A program made the translations under genes and the position numbers. Below the pieces are notes generated by a model. That model saw nothing but the letters and a program-made list of their open reading frames with translations, did not search any database and was not told where the DNA came from. A stretch of 64,000 bases of DNA, from assembly GCA_031370005.1 (NCBI GenBank), contig JANMPT010000107.1, positions 1 through 64,000 on the forward strand, given 5' to 3'. The stretch is from Bdellovibrionales bacterium (GTDB lineage Bacteria; Bdellovibrionota; Bdellovibrionia; Bdellovibrionales; Bdellovibrionaceae). Positions 9,407 through 19,382 of this stretch are shown here, one piece after another (positions within the stretch are counted from its first letter, which is position 1; every line of letters starts with the position of its first letter).

Positions 9407-10735
9407 CTAGTAATTAGCTAAAAGACCCTGCATTTCGCGTATGCACTGATTAAAACTCACATGATCCTCTACATCTTGTTTCAAAAATAGATTCACACCA
9501 TCAATAAGCTTTACGGCTTTGTCAATTCGTGGATTCGAACCTGTCTTGTAGGCTCCAATATTAATCAAATCTTCAGCCTCACGATATGTGGCAAGAATCT
9601 CACGCAGTTTTTGTGCCATCTTTACATGCTCAGGAGTACTGATACTTCTCATAACCCGGCTGGCACTTTGCAAGACATCAATGGCTGGAAAATGACCCTT
9701 GTGAGCCAAGGAGCGGCTCAATACAATGTGCCCATCCACTATGGAACGAACTGCGTCTCCAATGGGATCATTCACGTCGTCGCCATCGACGAGAGTCGTA
9801 TAGAGTCCCGTAATGCTGCCTTCTCCCTCAAAAGAACCTGCCCGCTCAAGCAGTTTTGGCAAAGTAGAAAATACACTCGGAGTGTAACCTTTTGAAGAAG
9901 GCGGCTCTCCAGTGCTTAGACCAATTTCCCTTTGTGCCATTGCAAAACGTGTGATGGAATCCATCATCAAAAGAACATTTTTTCCTTTTGCAGAAAAATA
10001 CTCCGCAATCGCTGTCGCAACGAAGGCCCCGCGCATACGAAGCAATGGGCTTTGATCACTGGTTACACAAACGATTATAGATCTCTTCATGCCTTCGGCT
10101 CCAAGATCTTGCTCGATAAACTCTCGAACCTCGCGACCGCGCTCACCAATCAATGCGATGACGTTCACATCAGCTGTTGTATACCGAGCCATCATACCTA
10201 GAAGGACGGACTTACCCACGCCCGAACCGGCAATAATAGCGATCCGTTGGCCTTGTCCTGTGGTCAGTGTCGCATTGATTGCACGCACTCCCAGATCTAG
10301 AGGCTCTCGAATCGGACGCCGTTTTAAGGGGTTTCGAACTTCGCTATAAAGCGGAACTTCTTTGAAGTTTTCAAAATCACCCAGAGAATCCAAGGGTCGG
10401 CCCAAGCCGTCCACTACTCGCCCGAGAAGCTCTTCTCCCGCTTTAACTGTGGCAATCTGTCTTGTCAAAACGATCTTAGATCCTAGGGCCACGCCTCTCA
10501 TATCACTTAGTGGCATCATCAATACATGCTTATCCTTAAAACCCACAACTTCAGCTAAAAAAGAATGCTCAAGATCAGAGGGCAAAATCGAACAAACACT
10601 ACCGACACTAGCGCCTGGCAAATACCCTTTAATGATCATCCCGCTGACTTCCGTTACCTTGCCACTATCCTTGGTGAGATGAATGGTATTAAGAAGATCC
10701 GCGTATTTATCAAGATTTAATTCGTAATTACTCAT
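9407..10735 (-). CDS. fliI: Flagellar export ATPase FliI
   Basis: Walker A AGSGVGKS; GERGREV; DSITRFAMAQREIGL. Confidence 0.97.
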   Translation of the reverse strand: MSNYELNLDKYADLLNTIHLTKDSGKVTEVSGMIIKGYLPGASVGSVCSILPSDLEHSFLAEVVGFKDKHVLMMPLSDMRGVALGSKIVLTRQIATVKAGEELLGRVVDGLGRPLDSLGDFENFKEVPLYSEVRNPLKRRPIREPLDLGVRAINATLTTGQGQRIAIIAGSGVGKSVLLGMMARYTTADVNVIALIGERGREVREFIEQDLGAEGMKRSIIVCVTSDQSPLLRMRGAFVATAIAEYFSAKGKNVLLMMDSITRFAMAQREIGLSTGEPPSSKGYTPSVFSTLPKLLERAGSFEGEGSITGLYTTLVDGDDVNDPIGDAVRSIVDGHIVLSRSLAHKGHFPAIDVLQSASRVMRSISTPEHVKMAQKLREILATYREAEDLINIGAYKTGSNPRIDKAVKLIDGVNLFLKQDVEDHVSFNQCIREMQGLLANY

Positions 10736-10770
10736 CTAAATACCTGCCTTATGGAGCAACCAAGCAACGC

Positions 10771-11544
10771 CTAGACGGCGATTTTCGGTTTTACTTTTGG
10801 AATATTCTCGGCAAGGGTTTCCCACAAAGAGTGAACGCGCTGCTCAACACGAGCATCGACTTCACCGTAGTTGGTTTCTACAATACAACCACCCTTTGTG
10901 ATCTCATCGCTAGGTTCAAACTTAATTTTTTTCAAAAAATCAAATTGTCGTCCATTTTGTTTTTTTAACTCCTCAACAAACTCATGCTGTTCGCTGGCAA
11001 CACGAACTGTCACGTTTTCCTCATCTTGAGCAAGTGTCACGGCCCCACGAAGTACTTCAATAAGACTCTGATCATTTTTTTCTACTTCAACATGAGCTAG
11101 CTTATTTGCAATGTGGAATACTAGCTTTACCATATGGGCCTCGTTAAAATTTAAAATCTCAACTTTGGCTTGCTCTAAAGACTTTAGCAAAGCTTCTAAG
11201 TCCGTTAGTCGCTCTTCAATATCCCTTGAGAACTTCACGAATGCCTCATGACGACCCTCAGTGAGGCCAAGATCATACGCCTCTTTATAGGCGCTTTCTT
11301 GAATGCCCTTGAGAAGTTCTAACGCTTGGATTTCAATTCTTTCTTCTTCCGTGGCTTTTTCGATCTCATCGACGCCCGTCTGAATACGAATGGTCTCATT
11401 CAATCGAAAATCAGCGCCGCGCTTTTTTTGCTCTAAGTAAGCTAATGCCTGCGTTGGAGTCCCGAGTTCGAACTTCTTAGGAATGTACTCGAGGACTTTC
11501 TCCTTTGCCGCAATTTTTGTCAAAACAGCCTTACACCATTGCAT
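10771..11544 (-). CDS. fliH: Flagellar assembly protein FliH
   Basis: AYxxGxxxG repeats; GGCIVETNYGEVDAR; lies between fliG and fliI. Confidence 0.92.
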   Translation of the reverse strand: MQWCKAVLTKIAAKEKVLEYIPKKFELGTPTQALAYLEQKKRGADFRLNETIRIQTGVDEIEKATEEERIEIQALELLKGIQESAYKEAYDLGLTEGRHEAFVKFSRDIEERLTDLEALLKSLEQAKVEILNFNEAHMVKLVFHIANKLAHVEVEKNDQSLIEVLRGAVTLAQDEENVTVRVASEQHEFVEELKKQNGRQFDFLKKIKFEPSDEITKGGCIVETNYGEVDARVEQRVHSLWETLAENIPKVKPKIAV

Positions 11545-12565
11545 CTTCTGAACCGCCTCTTGCAATCAAGATCTTACCTTCGGATTCGAGTCTACGAGCT
11601 GCATTAACCATCTCTTGCTGTGCACCCTCAACATCGGATAAACGCGAAGGCCCCATATTCGATAAATCTTCTCGTAACATTTCCGCCGCACGAGCAGAAA
11701 TGTTTTTGAAAATCTTCGTTCGGATATCTTCGTTGGCAGTCTTGAGAGCAAGTAAAAGTTTTTCATTTGGAACTTCTTTAAGTAGTGCTTGAATGCCGCG
11801 ATCGTCGATCTTCGCAATATCATCAAAGACAAACATAAGCTTACGAATCTCCTCCGCTAGCAATGGATCTTTCTCTTCCAAACGAGACATAATTGAAGTC
11901 TCTGTGTTTTTGTCCATAACGTTGAGCATTTCTGCTACCGGCTGAACCCCGCCCAATGCCGACTGCTCCACGGTTGCGGTATTTGACAGCTGATTCTTTA
12001 ACACTTTGTCAATTTCACGAATAAGCTCCGGATCAACGTGCTCTAAATTTGCCATTCTTAAAACAACTTCAGCCTGAAGGGCTTCCGGCAAGCGTTTTAA
12101 GACCTCGCCTTTTTTCTCGGGCTCTAAATGAGCCAGGATCACCGCCACTGTTTGCGGATGTTCATTCACCAGAAAGGTTGCAAGCGACTTCGCATCGACC
12201 ATTTCTAAGCTTTCCAAGGTCCTGTTCCCACCGGATGTAATATTTAAACCCCCAAGAATGCTGCGAGCACGTTCTTCACCCAAAGCATCAACGATCACAT
12301 CCTTGTTCGAAGTCTGTTCGGTAAAAATATAGTCCTCAGTCTCTGAGATCATTTCATAGTACTCTTCAAGAACTCGTTTTGTTACATGAACCGGCACAAC
12401 CCGATACTTTGTCATCTGATTAATGAGCTTGCGAATGTCTCCGTCATCAAGGCGTTTTAAAAGAACACGTAAGGCATCTTTACCAAGATAATTGATAAGA
12501 ATTGCGGCCTTTTCAAAGCCCCTGAGACTCTCAAATTCTAAATTTTCTGATTTTATGAGCTTCAT
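11531..12565 (-). CDS. fliG: Flagellar motor switch protein FliG
   Basis: KAAIL, EHPQTVAVIL, MFVFDD motifs. Confidence 0.97.
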   Translation of the reverse strand: MKLIKSENLEFESLRGFEKAAILINYLGKDALRVLLKRLDDGDIRKLINQMTKYRVVPVHVTKRVLEEYYEMISETEDYIFTEQTSNKDVIVDALGEERARSILGGLNITSGGNRTLESLEMVDAKSLATFLVNEHPQTVAVILAHLEPEKKGEVLKRLPEALQAEVVLRMANLEHVDPELIREIDKVLKNQLSNTATVEQSALGGVQPVAEMLNVMDKNTETSIMSRLEEKDPLLAEEIRKLMFVFDDIAKIDDRGIQALLKEVPNEKLLLALKTANEDIRTKIFKNISARAAEMLREDLSNMGPSRLSDVEGAQQEMVNAARRLESEGKILIARGGSEDAMV

Positions 12566-14214
12566 CGATCATCCTTTCTGACCAACCACATACCGAACGC
12601 ATTTCCAGCCTTTTCTTCATCCGCATTCAACAGACCCATAATACGATCTTTTAGAAGTTCACTCTCCGCTTTTTCCGGGTCAATAGACTCTTGTAAAACT
12701 GGCAGTGCGGATGACATTCCTGGCAAAGTATTATCTACGGACTGCAACTCTTCCAACTCTTCAATAGTTCGCGGCAACATTTCCTCCACTGAATCTTGGA
12801 AACTATCAGTAATCCATTGCATGAATGGGCGAACCACGATGAAGAAGAAAAGAACCAAGGTGAAACCCAGCAAAGCCCACTTAAACAATGCATGGATAAA
12901 TTTCTTACGCTCAAGACTTGTAAGTAGTTTCTCGGACTCAGTGAAGTCTTCTGCTTGAAACTGAATGTTTTCAATTTTAACGCTATCGCCTCGCGCCACA
13001 TTGAAGCCAATAGCATTTTTAACCAGAGACTCATACTTTTGAAGCTCCTCTGCAGAACGCGGAACATATTTATTTTCAGTCGTTCCGTCCTCTTTTGTTA
13101 CAGTTTGCATTACGCCATCAACTACAACGGCTACGCTTATACGCTCTAAGTTCCCGGCGCCTTCTTTGATATTACGCACCGTTTTTGGGACTTCAAAGTT
13201 GGTTGTTTTAATCTCTTTCTTAACGTCTTGCTTAAAGCCCACTTGGCCAGCGTCTTCAGCGCCAGGTAGATTTGCGCGAGAGCCTGGGACTCCTGCCGGA
13301 TTGGTACGCGCACCATCGAGGGCTTCCTCTTCACTCTGCTGACTGCGAATCGCCGTTTTATCAGGATCAACAGACTCTTCCACCGAGTTCACAACCCGAT
13401 GACTCAAGGTCGCATCTACCTTTGCAATCACTTTTGCATGTCCCACAACTTTTGACAAAATCGACTCGATGCGGTCCTGTAATTCTCCCTCAACTTTTTG
13501 TTTTAACTCCAGCAGCTCATCGGAGCCAGCAGTGTTGCCATTGCCCTTTCGAGTTAGAACTTTTCCGCGCTCATCCAAAACCGCAACTCGATCTGCGTCC
13601 AAACCTTCGACTGCATTAGCCACTAGATAACGAATTCCTCGAATCTGATCCGCGCTAAGTTCTTTGCCCTGCTGCAATTCAAGAACTACGGAGGCCGTTG
13701 GTTGGCCGCCTTCCTCAAGGAATGTTTTCTTATTTGGAAGCGCCAATATTACTTTTGACTGTTTCACGGCACTCAAGGTGTTAATGGCTCTTATCAGCTC
13801 ACCCTGAAGTGCGCGCTGATAATTAATTTTCTGCGCATAGGAATTAATTCCAAAATCTTGCTTTTCAAAAAGCTCAAGCCCGACACTTCCCATTTTTGAA
13901 GACCCAACTTCTGACATCAAAGTCATCTGAGTTGAGTGCAGCAATTCCTTAGGGACAGTTATGGTCTTTCCGTCGTTGGTCAGCTGAAATGGAATGTTCT
14001 TCTCGCTCAACTTTGCCATGATTGTTGTGATCTGTTCGTTAGCAATGTTGGTGAACAAAGGCACATAGTCTTTGCCTGAAACCATGAAAAACATCGTCAT
14101 CATAGTAATAAAAGCAATCACTGCGACAGCAACTATTGAGAGTCTCTTGGTGGGGCCCAAGTTCTTAAAGAACTCTCTAAACTGAATTATGATACCACCG
14201 AAAATCTTGTTCAA
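12562..14214 (-). CDS. fliF: Flagellar MS-ring protein FliF
   Basis: GLELFEK, YQRALQGEL, RISVAVVVDG motifs; two TM segments. Confidence 0.97.
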   Translation of the reverse strand: MNKIFGGIIIQFREFFKNLGPTKRLSIVAVAVIAFITMMTMFFMVSGKDYVPLFTNIANEQITTIMAKLSEKNIPFQLTNDGKTITVPKELLHSTQMTLMSEVGSSKMGSVGLELFEKQDFGINSYAQKINYQRALQGELIRAINTLSAVKQSKVILALPNKKTFLEEGGQPTASVVLELQQGKELSADQIRGIRYLVANAVEGLDADRVAVLDERGKVLTRKGNGNTAGSDELLELKQKVEGELQDRIESILSKVVGHAKVIAKVDATLSHRVVNSVEESVDPDKTAIRSQQSEEEALDGARTNPAGVPGSRANLPGAEDAGQVGFKQDVKKEIKTTNFEVPKTVRNIKEGAGNLERISVAVVVDGVMQTVTKEDGTTENKYVPRSAEELQKYESLVKNAIGFNVARGDSVKIENIQFQAEDFTESEKLLTSLERKKFIHALFKWALLGFTLVLFFFIVVRPFMQWITDSFQDSVEEMLPRTIEELEELQSVDNTLPGMSSALPVLQESIDPEKAESELLKDRIMGLLNADEEKAGNAFGMWLVRKDDR

Positions 14215-14238
14215 GCTACGTCCTCCGCTGTCTTAAAA

Positions 14239-14577
14239 TTAAACCTGCATCTTCATGATTTCTTGATAAGCATCAATAATCTTATTCCGCACTTGTACCA
14301 TTACCCGTAATGCGATGTCCGCTTTCTCTGCTGCAATCATTACGTCTGCGACATTGTCAGTCCTGCCAGTTGCTAAGTCTTGGGCCGATTTATCTGATGC
14401 CTTTTGCAGTTGATTAACGCTGTCGATAGCAGATTTCAAAGTGTCAGCGAAACTTCCCTGAGCCTCTTTGATAGACCCACCTGGAGACATTGGCTGATCA
14501 ATCGTCAACGATTTGGAATCCCGAATGGCACCAGTGTCTAAAAATTTATTCGCACTTGATACTGTAAAACCTGCCAT
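14239..14577 (-). CDS. fliE: Flagellar hook-basal body protein FliE
   Basis: C-terminal VQVRNKIIDAYQEIMKMQV. Confidence 0.96.
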   Translation of the reverse strand: MAGFTVSSANKFLDTGAIRDSKSLTIDQPMSPGGSIKEAQGSFADTLKSAIDSVNQLQKASDKSAQDLATGRTDNVADVMIAAEKADIALRVMVQVRNKIIDAYQEIMKMQV

Positions 14578-14621
14578 GTCTTTTTCTCTTTCCTTACTGT
14601 TATTCTACTCTAAAAGTCATA

Positions 14622-14648
14622 TTATCAGCCACTCATTTCAAGTATTTA
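14622..14648 (-). promoter_or_regulatory. Putative sigma28 (FliA) promoter upstream of fliE
   Basis: TAAA-N15-GCTGATAA on the minus strand (consensus TAAA-N15-GCCGATAA). Confidence 0.55.
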
Positions 14649-14655
14649 ACTGACA

Positions 14656-15099
14656 TTACCGACCAATCTCGAGACTACTTAGGGCAATATCTTTTGTTGC
14701 TTGCATCGCCGAGACATTAGCCTCGTAAGAGCGAGTTGCCTGTATCATATTGGTCATTTCTTCCATGAGGTTTATATTCGGATACGCAACATAGCCCTCG
14801 GCATTTGCATCAGGGTGGTCCGGCTCATATTTAAGTATCGGCGCCTTGCGATCAGAAATAATGTCGCTAACCTGAACCCTTTGGAAATCAGACTTTGCAC
14901 TCGTGGGCGAAATGATATCCCCAAAGTTTTTTGCATCAGGCATTGCTTCAAAGACAACATCCTTACGTCGGTAAGGCCCGCCTTCGTGAGTCTGGGTCGT
15001 ATTGATATTAGCAATATTACTGGAAATAGTATTCATGCGCATTCTTTGCGCCGCCATTCCACTTCCGCTAATTCTCATTCCTGTGAAAAAATCAGCCAT
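14656..15099 (-). CDS. flgC: Basal body rod protein FlgC
   Basis: SNIAN...GPYRRK; YEPDHPDANAEGYVAYPNIN. Confidence 0.97.
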   Translation of the reverse strand: MADFFTGMRISGSGMAAQRMRMNTISSNIANINTTQTHEGGPYRRKDVVFEAMPDAKNFGDIISPTSAKSDFQRVQVSDIISDRKAPILKYEPDHPDANAEGYVAYPNINLMEEMTNMIQATRSYEANVSAMQATKDIALSSLEIGR

Positions 15100-15145
15100 C
15101 CTAGCCTTCCTTCTTCTGCTTTGTAGCGCCTGCCGTTATTTAGGA

Positions 15146-15550
15146 CTACCTATCCCCGATAGCATACTTTAGGGCTGCCATTTTTTTATTAATTAATTGC
15201 AATGCGGTTTTATATAAGATCGCGTTCTCAGATAGCGCTGACATTTCTTTTTCTAAATCCACTGTATTTCCGTCATTGTTAATGGCACCTTCTGGATTCT
15301 CGTAGACATCGGGCCTTACTGCTGCAGATTCACCGCCAACAGAAATATGCTCTGCATTGCTGGTGCTCATACCTCGAAGGCCGTCAATATCTAGGGCTCT
15401 GCCAAGTGCTGCCTCAAAATCTACTTTTTTTGCATGGTAACCTGGGGTTTCCGCATTCGCGATATTTGAAGCTGTTACATTATGGCGCAGCTGGCGCATC
15501 GCAAGCGATGTTGCTAGGGCATTCGTTGTTTTGTCAAATAAGTTACTCAT
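15146..15550 (-). CDS. flgB: Basal body rod protein FlgB
   Basis: SNIANAETPGY; DGNTVDLEKEM. Confidence 0.96.
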   Translation of the reverse strand: MSNLFDKTTNALATSLAMRQLRHNVTASNIANAETPGYHAKKVDFEAALGRALDIDGLRGMSTSNAEHISVGGESAAVRPDVYENPEGAINNDGNTVDLEKEMSALSENAILYKTALQLINKKMAALKYAIGDR

Positions 15551-16398
15551 ACTAAACCTGCCTGTCTGTATTCGTTTATTTTATTTCTCAAAGTGCGAAT
15601 GCTGATGCCAAGGATTTCTGCTGCGCGCGTACGGTTTTGCTCAGTGAGTTGCAATGTTTGCAAGATAAGTTTTTGTTCCACCTGGGATAAAGTCATGCCC
15701 GTAAAAGCGGGCGAGTCTTCATTTGTTTCGTGAACTTCAATGGCAATGTGAGACGCCTGCACAATAGAGTTTCCTGCTAGAATCACAGCGCGTTCTAAAA
15801 CGTTTTCTAGTTCGCGAATATTTCCTGGCCAAGTCCACATTTTCAGCTTTTCGAGCGCCTCAGAGCTCAATGCCAAATCTGGTTTTCTATGAATAATCGT
15901 GAAAACACTTAGCAAATGTGTCGCAAAAATTTCAATGTCACTGAGCCGCTGCCTTAATGCTGGCAGCTCCAAGCTTAGAACAGTCAGTCGATAATAGAGA
16001 TCTTCTCGGAATTGACCTTTTTGAACCATGATCTTCAATGAATTACGGCTGGTTGAGACAATCCGATTTTTCTCTCTCAATCCGACTTCATCCATTGCCT
16101 CAAAAAGATTCTTTTGCTGTAGCAAGCTTAAGCAATCAATATTTTCTATTAAAAATACTTTGGATCCGCTGCCCTCAAAGAAAGACAACAAATCAAATTC
16201 CACCTTCAAATCCAAAACATTTAAGCTAACATAGCTCAAGGGACTCAAAAGATATTTTGCCAAAGTACTCTTGCCGCTGCCTGTAGGGCCACTAATCAAA
16301 ACATTCGCTTGTGATGAGCGCACTGCTGGCAGCATCGCCTGCACTTTTTTTACACTTTCATCTACAAATTGCAAATTCACAAAATCCATTACCGACAT
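15547..16398 (-). CDS. Degenerate sigma54-activator-family AAA+ protein with Fis-type HTH (no receiver domain, no GAFTGA)
   Basis: GPTGSGKS, FREDLYYRL, WPGNIRELEN and NRTRAAEILGISIRTLRNK are present; GAFTGA is absent. Start at ATG 16398 after GAGG. Confidence 0.85.
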   Translation of the reverse strand: MSVMDFVNLQFVDESVKKVQAMLPAVRSSQANVLISGPTGSGKSTLAKYLLSPLSYVSLNVLDLKVEFDLLSFFEGSGSKVFLIENIDCLSLLQQKNLFEAMDEVGLREKNRIVSTSRNSLKIMVQKGQFREDLYYRLTVLSLELPALRQRLSDIEIFATHLLSVFTIIHRKPDLALSSEALEKLKMWTWPGNIRELENVLERAVILAGNSIVQASHIAIEVHETNEDSPAFTGMTLSQVEQKLILQTLQLTEQNRTRAAEILGISIRTLRNKINEYRQAGLV

Positions 16399-16408
16399 AC
16401 TTCCTCTA

Positions 16409-19168
16409 CTACTGTTGTTGCGACATCGCGGGAATGCGTTGGATATATTTCTTATAGTCACCGCGCCACTCAGAGTTTTTAAGTTGTTCTTGAGCCAGGT
16501 TGTACCAAAACTGACTCTTCTGTGATTTTAATTTACTCCAAACATCAGCCGCCTTTTGCACATCGCCTTTTTTAAAGTAAATCTGACCCATTTTATATCG
16601 AATCGAATCCAAGGGTCTTTTTTCTTCGTACTGATTTAACAAACTGTCGAAGGCGGCAATAGCCTTCTGGCCCTCTTCTTTATCAAGATAAAGTTGGCCT
16701 AAAAGCTCTAAGCCTTTGGCATGCACTATCTCCGGAACACTCTTAGAATCTGACATTAACAAATCGATTTTTTTTAAGGACTCAATCGCTGAATCTGGTT
16801 TCCCCTGCTTTACTTCGAGTTGAGCCAAACGCAAATAGGGCTCTGCTACCAGCTGTGCCTGGCCTTTCCACGTTTTCAAAAGTTCCGTCAAATAGCGAAC
16901 AGCTGAATCCAAATCACCTCTTTTTTCAAGAAGATCAACGGCAACACGAATACGTTCAATCTGTTGCTCCTCGGAAAGGCTTTCCGGCTTTTTAATATCC
17001 TTTAGATAATCATAGGCCAGATTGAATTTCTTTTGTTGATACGTAGTGGCTGCCAAGCGCAAATTTAGTTCATCTTCATTTGGCTTCCCTTTTTCCGCAG
17101 TCTGCTGGCCGTTTTTTGTTGTTCCTTTAATTGCATAAATCTGATTAAGAACATCACGATAATACTTTTCGGCCTCGGCCTGAGCGCCTGCCATCTCGAA
17201 AGCTTCAGCAAGATAATATTTAGTATCGATGCGGTCATTATTTTTTAACCAGTTTTCTGCATACTTGCTATGAGTCTTAAAGGCCTTAATGAAGTTCCCC
17301 GCTGCGACCTGATCACGAATTTCATCAGTAATATTACTGACAACTCTGTGTTTAACAAGGTCGCGGTCCACTGTCGTTGGATTCTGTTGATAATACTTTG
17401 TCAGAAGATCAATTGCTTTTTCATATTCTCCACGAGAGGTATAGCCCTGCGCAATCATAATAGTTCCAAATTGCTCGATATTTGGAATATCGAGTTTTTT
17501 AACTAGAGAGAGGATTTCCTTTGTCGCCGCATCAACCTCTTTTGTCTTCATGCCCTTCATGCGGGCACTGGTCAAACGTAGTCTTGCGATAATTGCATTA
17601 TTACTTTCTCCATAACGAAAATATGTTTCTAGATACGCACCTATTACACGGGATTTATCCGCACCAAGAATATCTAAAAGCTCTCCCATTCGAGTCATCG
17701 CAAAAGCGGCGTGCTCATTTGTCGGGAACTTTTTCATGAAGTCCATATACACGTCCAAAGCCTGACGATAGTTCCCCATGCCGAACATGGCCTCAGCCTG
17801 ATTATAGAATGCATTGGGATACTCACTTTGATACTCGGGAAATTTTTTGATTGCGTCTTTATATACGTCGACAGCTTTTTGATAGTTCTTGGCTTGCACA
17901 TAGACATCACCTTCGCTGTAAGCAGCCTCAGCTTTGATCTCCTTCAATGGGCTGTCCTTTTGAAGCTTGGAAAATATTTCCGCGGACTCTTGATAGCGAT
18001 TGAGTTTCAAAAAGGCGATCCCCGTCCCTACACGCGCAAGATCATTGGAGATGGCATCTGGTTTGCCTGCATAGTTTTTTTCGATGTGATCATTAAACAA
18101 ACGAATTGCATCCAGAGAATCGCCCTTTTCCAAGGCCATATTTCCAAGCATCAAGGACGTGCGCTCTGCCAGGGGTGACTTTGGATGTTTTTGCAAGGCT
18201 TGCTTGTATTTTATCACGGCAATTTCATAATATTTTGGCATGTCTTTGTCTTGCCAAAGACTCTTATAAACATCACCTGTCATGAAATCTATCAATTCAT
18301 TATAACCTGATTGCGGATATTTCTTTTGGAACCATTCTTCAGTTTTAAGGTAAACTGCATAGCGCTTATTCTCAAATAAAGTTAAAAGAAGACGGGCTTG
18401 CTTATTTTCATCAGTCGCCTTAGGTGCGATTTCGTAAATAGGAGCCGCCATTTTCATTTTTTCCCAATAGCGGTTTTCTGGTCGAATCATAGGGTAAGGA
18501 ATAAAATAATTACCCGAATTGCGCAGTGTCGGCGCGTCTTTGATCTCATAATCCTTAATCGCAAATCTATCAAAATTAGGGTCACCACCGTCGAATAAAC
18601 CCGAGCGACTCTCTGTAGAATCATGAGAGTTCAGGCCATTTTGCTTAATCACTAAAACGTCCGCAGTAGCAGGCATACGTGTATTACTACTAATTTTTGT
18701 ATTAATTTTTTTATTATTTTCTAATGCAGGAGCTTTTGCTACTGAAGCCGTTGGCCGCGAAATCTTTACCTTGTTTTGCGCATTCATATAGAAATCAATA
18801 ATTAAGCGCGAGGGCTGATCCGTAAGATAATCAAAACTTTCGACCTCGTCACCGGCAACCTGGAAGTTCAGGATGGATTTTCCATTTAGCCCTGCCTTAT
18901 CCAAGGTCACTGAGCTCACCATGCCGCTCTTAAATGCCAACATTTTACTAATGGAGGCATCATCAATAGCATCAACTGTTAATTGTAGATAACTTTTGCC
19001 TGCCTTCTCAACTCGGCGAAGATCATAATCCCAGTTTTGCCTTCCGGAAAGTTCCAAATGAATAGTATCTCCTTGATCAGTGATCAGACTGGAAATTTTT
19101 GCGGCCTGGGCGGCAGGCGCAAATACTAGACTAATGAACAGGCTTACAACGATGAAACACAATTTCAA
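16409..19168 (-). CDS. Large secreted tetratricopeptide-repeat protein
   Basis: Many TPR-like repeats (e.g. AYSEGDVYVQAKNYQKAVDVYKDAIKKFP). TTG start at 19168 after AGGAG gives a signal peptide ending AQA. Confidence 0.85.
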   Translation of the reverse strand: MKLCFIVVSLFISLVFAPAAQAAKISSLITDQGDTIHLELSGRQNWDYDLRRVEKAGKSYLQLTVDAIDDASISKMLAFKSGMVSSVTLDKAGLNGKSILNFQVAGDEVESFDYLTDQPSRLIIDFYMNAQNKVKISRPTASVAKAPALENNKKINTKISSNTRMPATADVLVIKQNGLNSHDSTESRSGLFDGGDPNFDRFAIKDYEIKDAPTLRNSGNYFIPYPMIRPENRYWEKMKMAAPIYEIAPKATDENKQARLLLTLFENKRYAVYLKTEEWFQKKYPQSGYNELIDFMTGDVYKSLWQDKDMPKYYEIAVIKYKQALQKHPKSPLAERTSLMLGNMALEKGDSLDAIRLFNDHIEKNYAGKPDAISNDLARVGTGIAFLKLNRYQESAEIFSKLQKDSPLKEIKAEAAYSEGDVYVQAKNYQKAVDVYKDAIKKFPEYQSEYPNAFYNQAEAMFGMGNYRQALDVYMDFMKKFPTNEHAAFAMTRMGELLDILGADKSRVIGAYLETYFRYGESNNAIIARLRLTSARMKGMKTKEVDAATKEILSLVKKLDIPNIEQFGTIMIAQGYTSRGEYEKAIDLLTKYYQQNPTTVDRDLVKHRVVSNITDEIRDQVAAGNFIKAFKTHSKYAENWLKNNDRIDTKYYLAEAFEMAGAQAEAEKYYRDVLNQIYAIKGTTKNGQQTAEKGKPNEDELNLRLAATTYQQKKFNLAYDYLKDIKKPESLSEEQQIERIRVAVDLLEKRGDLDSAVRYLTELLKTWKGQAQLVAEPYLRLAQLEVKQGKPDSAIESLKKIDLLMSDSKSVPEIVHAKGLELLGQLYLDKEEGQKAIAAFDSLLNQYEEKRPLDSIRYKMGQIYFKKGDVQKAADVWSKLKSQKSQFWYNLAQEQLKNSEWRGDYKKYIQRIPAMSQQQ

Positions 19169-19217
19169 TTTGCTCACTCCTTGAACAAAACGAGGGATAC
19201 ACAACAAAAGAAGTCTA

Positions 19218-19234
19218 TTGCACATAGGGTGCCA
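19218..19234 (-). promoter_or_regulatory. Putative sigma54 promoter heading the flagellar operon
   Basis: TGGCACCCTATGTGCA has exact GG-N10-GC spacing, ~50 bp upstream of the TPR gene. Confidence 0.7.
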
Positions 19235-19382
19235 GGCCAGAACTTGTCCCTTTGGCAAATATTTTCCAGCTGGGAAAAAATGACCCATTGATTTTTGTCG
19301 GTGTCTGACAAACTCATGACACTCTTCCAAGGTCGAGAATTAATTTTAAGTACTGGGGATTTTTAGTTTTTTAACCGATGTA

